The translations under genes were made by a program, and so were the position numbers. A model generated the notes under the pieces. That model ran no database searches and was not told the DNA's origin. It saw only the letters and a list, made by a program, of their open reading frames with translations. A stretch of DNA of 64,000 bases, taken from Amphiscolops sp. MND2022 (taxonomy: Eukaryota). Location of the stretch: contig OZ076409.1 in the NCBI GenBank assembly GCA_964187785.1, positions 41,542,001 to 41,606,000 of the forward strand. The letters are read 5' to 3'. Shown piece after piece: positions 37,330-50,700 of this stretch. Within the stretch, counting starts at the first letter, position 1, and the number at the start of each line of letters is the position of its first letter.

Positions 37330-37710
37330 TTAATTTTCATCGGAAAACAATTCAACTGCTTTTTACTTTTTTTTCTCCAAACCTTTTAATGAAAATTTCA
37401 AATATCTCAAAAACTGTTCATACAATTCTTATAAAATTTTGCACAGTTATTATTCACCCAAAGGTGCTCTTGTGCGTGCAATGGCATCAAAATCGTATGA
37501 CTGTGATTCTAGAAACAGCAAAAAACAGTCATTTTCGGACTTTTTCTCAAAAACTGCCCATACGATTCCAACGAAATTTTCTACAGTCATTTTACACCAT
37601 ATTAGGATCCTATGTGTGCAATGGCATCAAAATCGTATGACTGGGATTCGAGCGAGTCAGAAGGAAGAAGTCCTAATCCGACTCCTTTACTGCACGTGCG
37701 GCTCTGGTTT
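37330..37710 (+). mobile_element. Family C Helentron/DINE-like copy (diverged)
   Basis: Shares the GTGCAATGGCATCAAAATCGTATG unit and the 3' end CCGACTCCTTTACTGCACGTGCGGCTCTGGTT with 57045-57860. Confidence 0.7.
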
Positions 37711-38265
37711 AGTATCGCATTTGTAAGAATTGAAAACTTTCTCCTACAATAATATAATACTAGCAGTAAATCAATTTACATTTCTGGAAAGTTTGGGAAA
37801 TGAAATTTGTGAGTTTTTTAGCAAAATAATTTTCATAGACTTGACGGAGACGTGAAGTCGATAAAGCGATGTCCAGCGAAACTAAGGGATGCCATGCCAA
37901 AATGGGTAAAGGCTGTTTTGAGATATTAAAAGTTTCAAAGCTAGCTCAAATTTCGTTGAATGGAGCGTAAAGTGAAGGAATATTTTCGGAAAATCTGTGC
38001 TACAGAAGCTTGACAGTTCAAAAGTTGGGGCTGATCAGCCAAGCACAAAAAACTGCCAATCCCGCTTTTAATAGATCATGACATGACATCCATCCTTCGA
38101 GATTCTTTTGAACAATCCGATATCATGTTTACGTCATGCCAAAATTGATCAAGTTTTTTGACAAAATGCTTGTAGAAATGCTAATCATAATGGTTGAATT
38201 CACGTTAAGCCTGGAAAATTTTAGGAAATGTCTATGCAACTTTTCTAAATCTATATTTTCTTTAG

Positions 38266-38653
38266 ATTTCCTTTCGACTCTGATGAAGACCGGAAACTGC
38301 TGCAAAGGGGCCGAGACATTGTGAAGAACCTGATGATGAGACATCTAGATCAGGAACAACAAATTTCAGTACAAACCTGGACAGAAACTGCAAAACACAT
38401 GAGTACGGTATGGCTAAGTGGCAGTAACGGCGATCCTTTTCCAGAGCCTTTAGAAACGTTTGTCGACGAGGCTTCTGTTTCAAACTCAGTCACTTGGAAA
38501 CAAGAGTCAGCTGAAAATGACCATACCACTTTCTTGTCCTCTAAGTCGTCTAATGAGTTACTGGTCGATGTGAAAGAGCAACGTCCTCTAGAAGATAGCA
38601 GTAACAAACAGAGGAGGAAAGTTGAAGCTGAAGTCCCTGTTCATGATGTCGAG
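38266..38653 (+). CDS. Putative exon 2 of the E(z)-like gene
   Basis: Acceptor TTTTCTTTAG; open frame FPFDSDEDRKLLQRGRDIVKNLMMRH..VHDVE; phase-0 donor GTAAGG. Confidence 0.65.
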
Positions 38654-38826
38654 GTAAGGTTTGCTCGGCAAAAGTTTTTTGGAAAATGGCTGAAGTTGAA
38701 TGTTTTTAAGATAAGTTTGGCTGAAAATGCGCGCTTGCGCGGTAGAGCTTACGTCTTTTTTCACTTTCCTCTGTATCTCGAAAAACTTTTTGGTTTGCAC
38801 CTTTCCGTAAAATAGGTTCAAATCGA

Positions 38827-39168
38827 TTTTTAGTCGGCTCTTTTCGTAGAAAACGCCGACTATAGCAGTGACTTTTCTTTTTTTAAGACCAACGAAGTCA
38901 CAGATTTTATAAGTTTTATAACCTGACTTGCACTAACACTTACTGCCTCACTACTTCTACTGGCACTTGAGATAGAGGTTAATTAATTAGTCTTTTTTGA
39001 GGTGCTCTTTTACATTTTTCGGCACTATGCGACTTACCGGAATTTTGGAATTTTCTTCTATTTTTTCCTTATGCGGGTATTGTAGAAGAGAATACTTGAC
39101 ACTTTGAAGTCCTTTTGCTATTTTTGAGCCTTACAAATGGCGCCGACTTGGGCCGTTGTCGGCTTGTT
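38827..39168 (+). mobile_element. Family A copy
   Basis: TTTTTAGTCGGCTC..CGCCGACTA ... GGCGCCGACTTGGGCCGTTGTCGGCTTGTT. Confidence 0.75.
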
Positions 39169-40500
39169 ATTATTTCTGCGGTACCAGGAATATTATTGAA
39201 ATCTCAAAATGTCTACTTTTTTTTCAGTACAATTCTTGGCACGATACTGAATAACTCAGATATTTTGTTCGGCCGTGACTGTAAGTGTGAGAATTCAATT
39301 TCTCAAGCTGCCGACGACAATTCATTTCTCGTGTGATGGAACGAGCGAGTGGTAATTAATCATTCGTACTCTGACGTCATTGAGATGAAGCGAATGAGTG
39401 TTAATTATTCGTTCGCCAAGAGCTTCGCCTGTATTCAAATGCGAATGCGAAACTTCGTCTACGCTTAGTAGTGTATTTGCTTTAGTCCGAGATTCAAAGG
39501 CCGTGTAAACTGGTACCGTGATTAATTACGTACCAAATAACATAAAAACAAAATTAGTTTCAAATAACAAAATTGAAATTAGTTTCAAATAACATAAAAA
39601 TAAAATTGAATACCCTGTTAACCCCAATGAACCTAGTGATGCTTTAAAGCAGCCTACCTTTTCTTCCAAATTCTGATTCCTTTTGCCAGTAGCCCATTTT
39701 CTCTAGCACGGTTTTTTTTCAACAAGTAATTGGTACCTAGATTGGTTTGAATGGCACAAGCATTAGAAAAAGGGAATATATCTCCGAAGCTGAGAAAAAT
39801 GGGTTTTTTGCACAAGAAAAGACTTATATTTTCTCAAAATTCAGATTTTGACGAAATCCTGTTTTCTCAAAAGTCTTTGATCAATAGGAAAAACCAACCA
39901 CATACCCTTCCACAACAAGTCCTGGTGCAACAAACCCCTATAATATTCTGTTGTTACTACAAGCCCCCGCGCAGCGGTACCGGAAAAAGAGACTGAAATT
40001 CTGAAGGAAAGGGCGCGCGGCGACAGGGGCTCACCTGACCAAAATGAAAGCCCAATATCAGACCTTTCAAACGCGCTATAGTTCGTTCCTCTGGTACGCG
40101 TAGTTGTGGAGATATCGATGATTGAAATTTTTTTGGCAAATTTTTCGAAAATTTTAAAAAACGCCCAGGTCGATTGGGGTTAAACAATCGAACTCAGAAT
40201 TTTTTTTTCTGTAATTTGCACACTTTTTCCAGTGAATCTTTTGAATTGTGAATGCTTTTGACCAGTAAAACTCTCTCGTAAACAGTTTCATTTTTATGTT
40301 TAGTGAAACTCGTTTCATTTTTATGTTGTTTGAAACTAATTTCAGTTTTATGTTATTTGCTCTTATGTTATTTGGGAATTCGCCTGATTAATTAAGCGCT
40401 AAATAATGATTAAACTGGAGTGTATTGGTATTCCCGATATCATTCTATCATTAATGGAAGATTAAAGCAGAAATAATAGTGAGCCCCGGAGGGGCCTATT
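39169..40500 (+). mobile_element. Family B copy, split by a Mutator-like insertion at 39528-40384
   Basis: Family B ends are present; the insertion has inverted CCAAATAACATAA arrays and a 9-bp TSD TGATTAATT (39519-39527, 40385-40393). Confidence 0.75.
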
Positions 40501-42096
40501 TTTGTAGTACTTATCAAAACAATTTTTTCCTTTTCCGTCCTCATATTTTAGACAGTAGCTTACCAAAAAGGTACATAATTCTCATCAAAATCTGAGATGA
40601 GATTTTTGCTCCTGAGACTTTCTTGTCACAAACATATTCAAGGAAAATTGGCGTTCAAAAAATTGTCCCTGCAATGTCAGCTGTCTTTAGCTTTGGTGCC
40701 TAATGACATGTACAGAAAGGAAAATAACTACATGTAGCTTAGCCGTATTTTCTTCCAAATTTTGCCATGTTCTAATTTCATACTCAATAAAAACCCTAAA
40801 AATTTGAAAAAAACATTAAAATGAAAAGTGCCAAAATGTCAAAAAAAAACAAAAGCGTTTTCAGTTTTCTGTCGTTTCATGAATTTTTTTGTTTTCTGAA
40901 TTATGGGTTGTGTATCCATCTGAATAAGAAAACACTTGGCTACTTTTCATACTTTTATTTAGAGAAATTTAGTTTTTTGGAAAAAAAATTGCCTATAATG
41001 GAGTGTCAATTTTTTTGTTGTTTACCGTGTTCTTCATTTTGGTAGATTTTTGAATCTTTTCGTGGTTGAGTATTTTTAAACGTTCTATTCAATTTTTGTA
41101 TGTTTTCGGGTTTTGGGGTCAGGAATGTCAAATTATTTTTTTGTTTTTTATGTTTTTCATTTCGAAATGATAGTTAAACAGTATTCAACTGTTTATTGAG
41201 AAATGCCATTTTCCCTGCTTTGTAAACCCCCAAATTGCTTCGATAAAAAAACTCCCAATAAAAAATTGTTTTAAAGCATGTTTTTGCCTGTTTTGAAAGG
41301 TTTCTTGACCTAATTTTTTGAAATATGACATGTTTGGGGAAATTAGTGCTCAACAACAAAACAATCCGCTACTTAGCATACTTTTGTATATGGAAACAAT
41401 GCGGCTTTTTTCACAAAAGGATAAAGTGAACCAATAAGAGTCAATCCCAAACTTTTTGCGAATTCCGCATGTTTATTTTGCAAGGTTGGGCTTGAAAAAA
41501 CAGCAGTTTCAAACTTTAGGTTAGAAACATGTTTGAAATACTATCGAAATAACACATTGTATTTTCATTTATTGGCGCCAGTAAACAGCAACCGAAGAAA
41601 GTTGATTCAGAACATGCTGGTGGAGAAACAGAACTTTAACTCTTCGAAACTTAGATGAAAATTTGAACGAAAACCTCACCTTGCTAAATTGAAACCCCCC
41701 CAGTCAGCATTTTCTCTACAACTATCAACCATAGAGACTTGAAACTTGTCACACATATGCAAGGACCTAACACGGACACACCGGCTCAGTTTCAAGGTCA
41801 TCCCCCATTATAACCCCCTTTACCCCTCACATGTGTGATATTCAAGGTCATCGTGCCAATAATGTAAACATTGCTATTTACCCTTATGACCACATTAGAA
41901 TGAGCTCTGTTGACATTAATGATATATACATAGTGTAAACATGCTTCTGAGCCCACCTAACCCACATTCAAGACTCACCATGTGCTTTGTTTACATAGCC
42001 AATGTACACAATGTTTACACTTTAATATTTCACTTGAATGTCATTTATTTATACAACATATTTCAATTTGTATTTGCTCTATATTTACTGTAGAAT

Positions 42097-42497
42097 TGTA
42101 AACCACATTTATACCATTATTAGATAGAGATTTTCTCCACTGAATAGCTATAGTCAAGTTGGGTCTCAGGACCGCGAGACTAATTAACTTTCCACATCTT
42201 TACAACTTTTCGCTAAAGTCAGAGCGACTAAGTAGCTACTCTCATAGTTGGAGAGCCGGAGCGCGTGAAGATACTGTGAGAAAAGTGTGTGTTGGATCAC
42301 ATCGGATCCAAATCAGTGCAAAGAGGAATCGCAGGAGATTCCACGGGTCACATCGGACCCACCAGCCACAAGATACAGTCCTTTAAAACAAGAAAACCAG
42401 GAATTGTTTAGTAACGGCCCATAGTACTAAGCATCGGATCAGGGCGGCGTAAAGCTCGTCAAGCCTCAGAGCAGGATAAGGGCAAGCAGCCGTTACA
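42097..42497 (-). repeat. Possible solo LTR
   Basis: Termini TGTAA...TTACA (minus strand starts TGTAACGG); GC-richer than its flanks; no TSD found. Confidence 0.4.
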
Positions 42498-43001
42498 TCA
42501 TTGATTTCTTCAGATCTCGAAATGCCGCGTGTAAAAGATGATATTTGGAAGAGTTTCACAGAAATAGCCTTACCGAATCAGACAACAAGGGCAGAAAGTA
42601 AAAGGTGCAAATCTTCGGTGGTTGGCCTAGTGTCTTGAATGAAAACCCACTACGAAGAGTGCTCCGTACGCCACGATGAAGATGCAGGCCCAAGTGATCC
42701 CAAAGTTCCTAAACAAAGTGTGATTCCATTCATTCCAACAAATAAAGACTTCCAACACGAACTGAACTTGCAAATCACCCGGTACATCGTGGCCACGGGA
42801 ACGTCGTTCAGATCAATCAAAAACAATCACTTCAAGGCATTAGTCCAAAACCTCAGACCAGGCACGGAAACTTGATCTGGGAGTATATCAGCGAAAAGTT
42901 ACTGGATGAAATCTATGAACAAGAAAAAGGTGACGTTTCAACACCTGTTTCGGGAAAAGATGTTACTCTGCAAAACCATTAGTGTCTGAAGACACGAAGT
43001 A

Positions 43002-43165
43002 CAGTGGATCCCGGATATAATCAACGTCAGGGGAACGCTATGGTGTTTCTTATAATCGAACTTTTTTTGGGTTTTAAAAGTAATGAAATTGCCAGTCGGG
43101 ACCAAGATACGCATTGGCTATAAGCGGGTATTTATGAGCGAGTTTCTTATATCCGGGATCCTTTG
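43002..43165. mobile_element. Tc1/mariner (pogo/Tigger-like) MITE
   Basis: TIR CAGTGGATCCCGGATATAA / TTATATCCGGGATCCTTTG with TA on both sides. Confidence 0.85.
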
Positions 43166-43848
43166 TATCGAGCTAAAGTAAAGAGACTCCTGATAAGAGC
43201 GATTTCTTCGAGAATGATCAACCCACATCCTCAACGTCTTGGTGTGGATACTTCGACTGCCATTAGGATTCCCGGAAAATGGTCAAGTTTGCGATCTCCT
43301 TGGAATCAGCAGTATACAGTTTTGGTGGATTGAGAAGCAATTCTCCACAATGGGCTACACATACGGCACGCTCCGCTCTTAGCTGGGAGTTGATTGTGCA
43401 GGAAAGTCATCTTTCTTGTATCAGCAGCTTTATAAATGACTGAAAATTTTGTTGAATTGATTTGATAATCATGATTTTCTTGAAACATTTTGTTTTTAAA
43501 TGAGGCGATAGATACATACATTTTGGGGAAAAACAATTGAAAAACATGTGTTTTTGTTTTTTTTAAAAAAAGAACAAGATTGGAAAAAACATGTTTAAAA
43601 CCCAACCTTGTTATTCCCAGCCTTTTTCATGTCGCTAGATTATTTTAGGGCGGAAAACTAAAATATTTTTCCTTGTATTTTGAAAATGTCGCTCTTCGTA
43701 TATGCATCCATTTCACCAAATCATTCTAGTATTATCCCGATGTTGCAAGCTTTGGGAAAAATCAACTGCGAAATTATTTTTGCGATGTTTTCAAATTTTG
43801 AAATACGAAAGGTAATTCCTCAAAAATGTGAGCACTTATTCAATTTAG

Positions 43849-44066
43849 GTTCCAGAACCAATCTACGTATGCCCTTCTAGTGGATATGTGGTTGACGATC
43901 ACCAGATGCATTACCATGAGTGCTTGCCAATGATGTTCTCATGGCTGTCCTGCAATCGCAACTTCAGAGCAGAGGATGACACCGTTTTAACAAATGTGCC
44001 TTATCTAGGAGAAAATTCCAACTCCGCTATCTTCCTATCCGAACTGCAGAAACTTTACTGCGACAA
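43849..44066 (+). CDS. E(z)/EZH1-2-like exon (SAL/SRM region)
   Basis: LPMMFSWLSCNRNFRAEDDTVLTNVPYLGE..IFLSELQKLYCDK aligns by eye with EZH2 [41 protein letters not shown]; the phase-0 acceptor matches the previous donor; donor GTTAGT at 44067. Confidence 0.85.
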
Positions 44067-44875
44067 GTTAGTAGCTACTTGAATTACTATGTCGAATAGA
44101 TTTTGCTGTCTAAAGCTGTACAAATTGTCTCATTTTGTCACACACAGAGTTGAAATATTCCGTCCTTGAAAACTTACTGGTTACCTGTAAGTTTTTGAAT
44201 ATTTTAGAAGACGTGAAAACATGTAGTTTCATCGGGCTGAGATAATTCAAATCTCAAGAGAAACTCAGATGGTATTTTAAAGTATTTCAATTTACGGCCT
44301 AGAGTCGATGAAAGGTTTGTGAAATTGCCGTTTGTTGTTAATATTGATGGACTTATATATAGCGCTAATACATGTATAGCGATTTCTGTCAATTTTTTCA
44401 TTTTTAATTATTTATTTGATGAGGCACTTGTGTGCCATCATTAATGGCATACTCGTACTAAGTAACATGGCATTTCAAAATACTTCATCTTAGCTCTTGA
44501 TCAATATTCTCTACCTGTCAGTGAATGAATTTAGTCACGGAATAGGGAAAATAGTCAAATGCTGTAAAAGACATTTCATGGCAATTTATCTGACCTTGAT
44601 TGAATAAACGTAAATTTTAGAATCAAAATTGACTGAAGAACTTTTGAACTGATTTCTGCTTTTGACACAATTTTTACATTTTTGTGACAGGAAAGACATA
44701 ATAACAATGGGTTGCTTCCTTAGAGAGCAATACTCCTAAAAGTCCCTAATATGCCTTATGTTCTTAACAAAAGTAGTGACATGGATCATTTTCGTATATC
44801 ATTCCGTAATTGACGCCAAAACCTTTTGTGAGCTCAAAATGCGCCAAAACGGGGGAGCAGAAACGTAAACTATTT

Positions 44876-47860
44876 ATGATAGTAGAACTATTCGAGGGAG
44901 TCGCACACCCTCGTAACAAATTACGCTATTAATAAAGCTAATCATTTATCTGCGTGTGGGTTTGTCATGATAGTCTTTGAGCTTTTTAAAAAACCACAGG
45001 GGAAGTTTTTCCGAGATTTTGTCATTTATTTGATATTTTACCGAACTCCAGACCATGGAATTTTCCATTAATATTTTTACGATAGCAGAAGTAAAAGAAA
45101 TCGGAAGGCGAAATGTTTTTGTCAGCCAACTCTGTACGTGATCCGAGTACCTACTGAAAAAGATTCAGATATTTTGTTCGACAGTGAGTATGAGCGTGGG
45201 ATTTAAATTTCTCAAGCTGCCGACGGCAATTCAATTCTCGTGCAATGAATTGTCGTTCAAGCCAGTGTGAATTATGCATTCGTACGCCGAATTCATTGAA
45301 ATGAAGCGAATTAGTGTTAATTATTCGTTTCCTGAGAGCTTCGCCTACATTCAAATCCGAATGCGAAACTTCTTGTACGCTTAGTAGTTATATTTTTCTA
45401 GTTCGAGAACAATTAAAGGCGTATAAACTCTTAGTTATTAATTGTGCGCTTTTAAATGGGAGTGTTGGCTATTGCAGCTATGCTACTATAGTTGAAACTG
45501 AGAGCCTAAAACAGAAATAATAATGGTGGCTTTGAAATCTTTCTGATCAAGTCGATATAACATCTTGTGGTTTAGGACAGAAGTATAAATTATCGTTCTC
45601 ATCAGCTGTTTAACATCAAAAGCAGTCAGAAACACCCGAATTTTATTGTATATCAACTAGTATGCTTAAATGAGAAATGTTACGTGTTGACAGGTCAACC
45701 TTTATAATTGGATCCTCATTGTTGTGGAAACTGATGTCTGCTATGGGCTTACAAGATCTAACACGCTGACAAAAAGATTGTGGGGTTTTCTTGCATAAAA
45801 GCTTTCATCCAAGGCTCACTCACAGACCCATTGGAAGCACATTCTGCTGCCAACTGCCATTCGTTCAGACGGTAGCCTAGGATTTCCAATGACTTTTGCC
45901 GTCACTCTTCTGAAATTAATTCTTTTCCAATTGCTTTTTTGTTGATTTAAGCGCCGCTCTATCTTTCTTTTTGTCTGAAACACATCACTGATTTGGGTTT
46001 ATCTTCCATCGAGAAAAAATTTATGATGTCTAGCTCCAACCACTCTGTTTTCCAGTTAGGGGATAAAACACGCTGGAAATCCAACATTTGCCTGCGCCTT
46101 CGGCGAAAATTGAGCAACCAGCGAGCTCTGGTTCACCTAAACCCACACTAATATTTCTATGATAATCATCGGATATTTTGACGAATTTGAGGCCTACCTT
46201 GGCACATGATTTTTTCCTTGCTGCCTCCGCTACACTCGCTGCTTTTTCCCATCGGCTTCCCGCGTGTAACCTCCAAAAACATTGTGGACAGTCATGCAAA
46301 TACCTGACAAATAAGTGAGAATTTACTGGTTTGTTGAAAATTCCCGATAACAACAAAACAGTTTCAGTGTCACTCACCCGTTCACAGCTCTTTCCAATTG
46401 AAATCGGCAAGACGAACCCTTTATCTGACAGCGCTTTTCGTAGGATATTGACTCCCTTCATAGGTTCTTTTTCTAAATGGGACTTTGTCTTTGTCACATT
46501 AAACCTGCATCGTCTCTAAGACTGAAGTGTTTAAGCGGTTTCTGCCAAGTTACTTTTTAAGCGTGCGACTGACAAATTACTGGATCCAGAGTCCCCGTCT
46601 TTTTCATTCGGCATATTGCCTCATACATTAGCGTCTTTTCGAACCTTGACCGGAGAGCCGACTTATGCTGTTCCCTGAGGCTTCCATCCTAAGAAATGAA
46701 TATCTGTATCAAGTTGAAGTTGTGTTCGAGAATACCGAGTTTATTATTAGTCCTGCTCCGAGTGTGAGGCCACCCTCAATTGTTATCACTCGCTCTAAAA
46801 CAAGCCCGAATTAACATAGTTGGCATTACTCGGGAAAATTAAAGCATGAATTATAAAGGGAGAATAGCGGTATTGAAGTTTTGTCATCAATGCGCGATAA
46901 AAATTTAGACAAGTGTGAGAATACAAGTGTATTTTCAAGTTACTCAAAATCTGAAATATGACTGGCTGCCGAGTTATACCCAGCAAGTCCGTGTTGAATT
47001 GTCGGTAACTTCTATTTCTATAATTTAAAAATTATAGACATTTTCCTTACCGCTAATTTTACGAAATTGTCTATTAAAAACGAAATTGTCTAATAAAAAG
47101 TTAAAATTGGAGAGTTTTTGTTTGAATCAATTGCAATTTGGGCTCTTATTCCTGGGAAAAATAATTCAAATAATTTAAATTCCGATTATTGAATGTATAT
47201 CACTGGCCACTGGATAAAACTCAGCTGCGCCTTGAAGGATATATTCTGTGAGATAAGGAAAATGGACTTTTTGCCAGGCCTGCATTATCTTTGCAAAGTT
47301 TTCCATCATATCCTAGTATTCACGTATTTGATTCTCTTAGCCGCTATTTCAGATTGGTTTTGTTTACTTAAATGACTCAACGCGCTTGTAAAAATTACGG
47401 CGTGTAAAATCGTAACATTGGTGTGCAGAATAGAACAACCGTGAATCCGTGATACTGGCTTGAAATCGGTAGTCGATAAAACATCAGAACGCGTTTTCTC
47501 ATTTTAAAAAAATATCGCCAGCTGATGGAATTGAACGAACTAAACCATTTTAATTTCATTTTTCAGAACAAAATGGAATATCTGATGGAACCGAGTCAAT
47601 TTCCAGCTCAAATAATGAGGAGTCAATTGTGTCAATTTCTAAGTCTGAATATCACAGGAACAGTCCAAAAAAGAGGAAGAGTCAAGAAAAAAAGGAAATA
47701 ATTTTTCTGCACTTTCAGCTCGTGAAAGAGCGACTGAGCCCGGATATGCAGATAGAAAGTTTTCTATGCAGATAGGCGAAAACTCTTCTGTACAGTTGTG
47801 TGCAAAAAATGTGACATAAAGCAAAGCGATTTGAATTAAAAGCATCAGGTGCGAAAAAGC
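44876..47860 (+). repeat. Segmental duplication, copy 1 (copy 2 at 52545-55755)
   Basis: Near-identical sequence (offset 7895 in the 3' two-thirds); copy 1 lacks ~235 bp found at ~53430-53663; includes a truncated family B copy. Confidence 0.95.
47567..47771 (+). other. Candidate E(z)-like exon (SANT1-like end), duplicated at 55462-55666
   Basis: Strong acceptor TTTCATTTTTCAG; frame QNGISDG..KKRKSQEKKEIIFLHFQLVKERLSPDMQIESFLCR; no GT donor at the expected position (AG|ATAGGC). Confidence 0.35.
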
Positions 47861-48199
47861 ATCGGATTCAATACCGCTCACATATGAGCTACTTTTGGGA
47901 CTTTGTCTTTGTCACAATAAAGCTGCATCATCTCTAAGACTGAAGTGTTCAAGCGGTTTCTGCCAAGTTACTTTTTAAGCGTGCGACTGACAAATTACGG
48001 GATCCAGAGTCCCCGTCTTTTTCATTCGGCATATTGCCTCATACATTAGTGTCTCCATGACTAACTTTAAAGAAACGCATGATTGAGAACTATGTAACAG
48101 TTTTCGCAATTTTCAGGCTTGGTAAAATCAAAATTTAAGCAAAACTCTCGTACAGCAAAACCAGAACTATCAAAAAAAAACAAACCTATCGCGACCTAC

Positions 48200-48830
48200 A
48201 AATTATTCTATGTACCTCATTTACAAACTACGGACTGTCTTTGCTCTACGAGTTCTGCTTTTACCAGTAAGCACGAATGACTTCCCAGCAGAAGAAGCCA
48301 TTCACACTTTGACTGTACGATTGTAGCCAGTACAACAAAAATTTCATATGGATTTGATTCACCGGATGCCTTTGCTCCAGCACACATGATTGTTTCTTTG
48401 GTCCTCACTCTTTTAGTGCCTGTTTTGAACGCTGTACCATTTGGGCAGCATTGAATAGGAAGGCCCCTCCATTACAACTCTTTACATTGCAGGAGATTTT
48501 CATAGCTAAGAACGACTCAAAAAGCAAAAAAAATCGGATATCAAAGAAAACAATTTTAGAAGACAACCGAAGTCCAATTTTGACAAACTTCCAAACATCG
48601 ATTTCCAAAATAACGAGTGAACTCGCCTTTTCATGTGTCAACGTTCTTTTTATCGATTGAGTTGCTTCAGCTTGTTTGAGCAAATTTGTTGCAATCAGCA
48701 GAAGTCAAACTGTCATTTTGTAGAAACTCATTCCTCAAATATGTACACCTCTCAAGATAGGCCTTGACAGACATTTGATCTTCATGCCACTTTTGATTCA
48801 CTTTTCATCCAATGAAGTCTGGTATCGCCT
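48200..48830 (-). pseudogene. Possible highly decayed hAT-like transposase fragment
   Basis: LVILEIDVWK and LLLGSHSCLLVK loosely resemble the hAT 'L..DGW' and 'C..H..LL.K' motifs. Confidence 0.3.
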
Positions 48831-48838
48831 TTCGTGAC

Positions 48839-50700
48839 ATGTTTCTTTTCGTTTTCCTACTACTCACCCTTGTTTCTGTTCGAGGTGAATGGATATCTAG
48901 TTTAGAAGCCTATAACTAAGCCGAACGAATTACTCGAAAAAGTCATTCTCTTCCATGAACGTAAAATACTTCTTGCGGAAAAATTCATTCGAGTGGAATT
49001 CCTGGTGCCGTTCCCGTCCAATAACTTCGACTTGACGCCGGATATCGAAAATCTTTTCAGGCCATTTTTCTTCGAGACTCAAAACGATGTTACCGTCCTG
49101 CGAAACGAAACTGCTTTATTTTTGTCGCCTCCGCCTGAATTGAAACCTAACCGACAACGTCTTGGTTGTCAGGTCGGATTGGCTGCACTCGCAGCAGTTG
49201 GACGTTTTGGTGGCGGTTCCGCGTTAGGAAGCTACGATTCTTGTGAAGTACGAGGTTTTTTCGGCTCCTGCCAAGATCAATCAAAAGCGAACGCCGCAAA
49301 TATCGTCGTCTCACGGATTTTCAATACGTCTTGACTCAATTTGTTAGTCACTTCGTACTAACGCATGCGGACAAATTTTTCCTGGTGGAAAATGAACTCG
49401 CTGCACTTCTACGCCATCCATAACGATCTGATCGAAACGCAAAACCATAACGTGTATTATCCAACAACAATTTGCTATCTTTCAATACAGCTTCCATGTG
49501 CTTCGTGACTGGAATCAAATGTTGTTTTCTAATCAACAACTGAATTATAACTTCGATACTCTTTCGTCTTTACTAGCAATGATCCATGCAAGAGTTATGG
49601 ATCCGCTTTGTTCACTTACCGCATGAATTTGTTGAATGCTATTCCTCTTCTTCGAGGACATTTACTCATGTCACTGATTCCGATGGAATCATTGATGCTA
49701 ATATTACATCAAGTCGCAATCGAACAGACACTTTCTACTGATCGGTAATCTCTTACCATGCGTACGATGATCTGCTTTCGTACTGTTTTTCACGCCTGCT
49801 TGATGATGCTTTAACGGTTTCTGAAGGCCTGCTTTTGACCTTAAAAATACCGTTGGCGTCCAAACAGACAGTTTTTACCTTATTTGAAGCAAACATTAAA
49901 CCGATGTCGTACCCGCAGGATTCTCAGTTCGCTCTTACATGGAGCATTGAAGCTCCATATTTAACAATATCGGAGGATCTTGTAGAGTCTTCAGTTCGTA
50001 CCAGCATTCAGTTTGAAAATTGTCTAGGTTCCTCATGTTATCGCATCTGTTCAGAAACGTTGCCATTGGACATAAGGTATTCATCTTGCCTGGCTACGTT
50101 ATAATTCGATTCTCCGTTCGTGAAACTTCACCGATCACTTTGCTGTCAATTGAACAATCCACGAATCTTGGCTTTGGCATTTGGCATATTACATCAGCCA
50201 ATGCGGACTTCACTTGCCGGGAAGTACGCTCATCGTCTCACCAAGGACCTTCTTTCCCGGTGTGTCGCAGTTGTTTAATCACTTTAGAATGTGGCGTGCA
50301 CTTAATGACTGATCACCTAAAAATTCTTTCTGACCTATCAAGTTGCATTGAAATTCCATCAATTAAATTGCAGGTTTCTTTGCCAAACCCGTTAAACGCT
50401 ACGCTTTGATTATGGAGGTTCCCTCTCTGGAGGACCTTCTTATTGTTCACATCGAATGCAGGATGAGTGAATTTGTCGAAAGAAGCCAAGACGGAACTCA
50501 TCATCAAAAGTTCAAGAGTCTGTGAGGTCAGTCAGTTAGTCTAAATAGCCAGACCAGTGGCTTCTGATATGACATTAATAAAGCCTGCGCTCACGTTCTG
50601 CTCTCACTCAATATGTTCTGCTCAAAATTTCGTTTGGCTTGTTCATTGTCTTCATTGTTTCTACAATCCTACATCTGTTTAGTACATTTACCATCGCTTC
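48839..50700 (+). pseudogene. Envelope (class I fusion, Gypsy env / baculovirus F-like) pseudogene
   Basis: Signal-peptide-like MFLFVFLLLTLVSVRG; cleavage and fusion-peptide-like RQRL|GCQVGLAALAAVGRFGGG (~49152); LKIPL..VFTLFEA; ENCLGSSCYRICSE..SSCLATL; TM-like KISFGLFIVFIVSTILHLF. Confidence 0.75.

Larger units (their letters stand above)
41481..43610 (+). mobile_element. Internally deleted hAT transposon (BED finger and dimerisation-domain remnants) with nested insertions
   Basis: TIR CAAGGTTGGG / CCCAACCTTG; partial TSD TTATTTTG / TTATTCCC; MPRVKDDIWKSF..RCK..MKTHYEEC from 42522; YIVATGTSFRSIKNNHFKALVQNLRPG; C-terminal KQFSTMGYTYGTLR..LG near 43330-43430. Confidence 0.8.

Noticed and set aside
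23887..44066. Functional link between the JmjC cargo and the nearby E(z)-like methyltransferase gene
   Set aside because: The JmjC gene sits within a mobile element, so proximity is most simply chance.
44116..44316. Additional small E(z)-like exons
   Set aside because: Several splice paths are possible, but all need weak sites and none shows clear homology.
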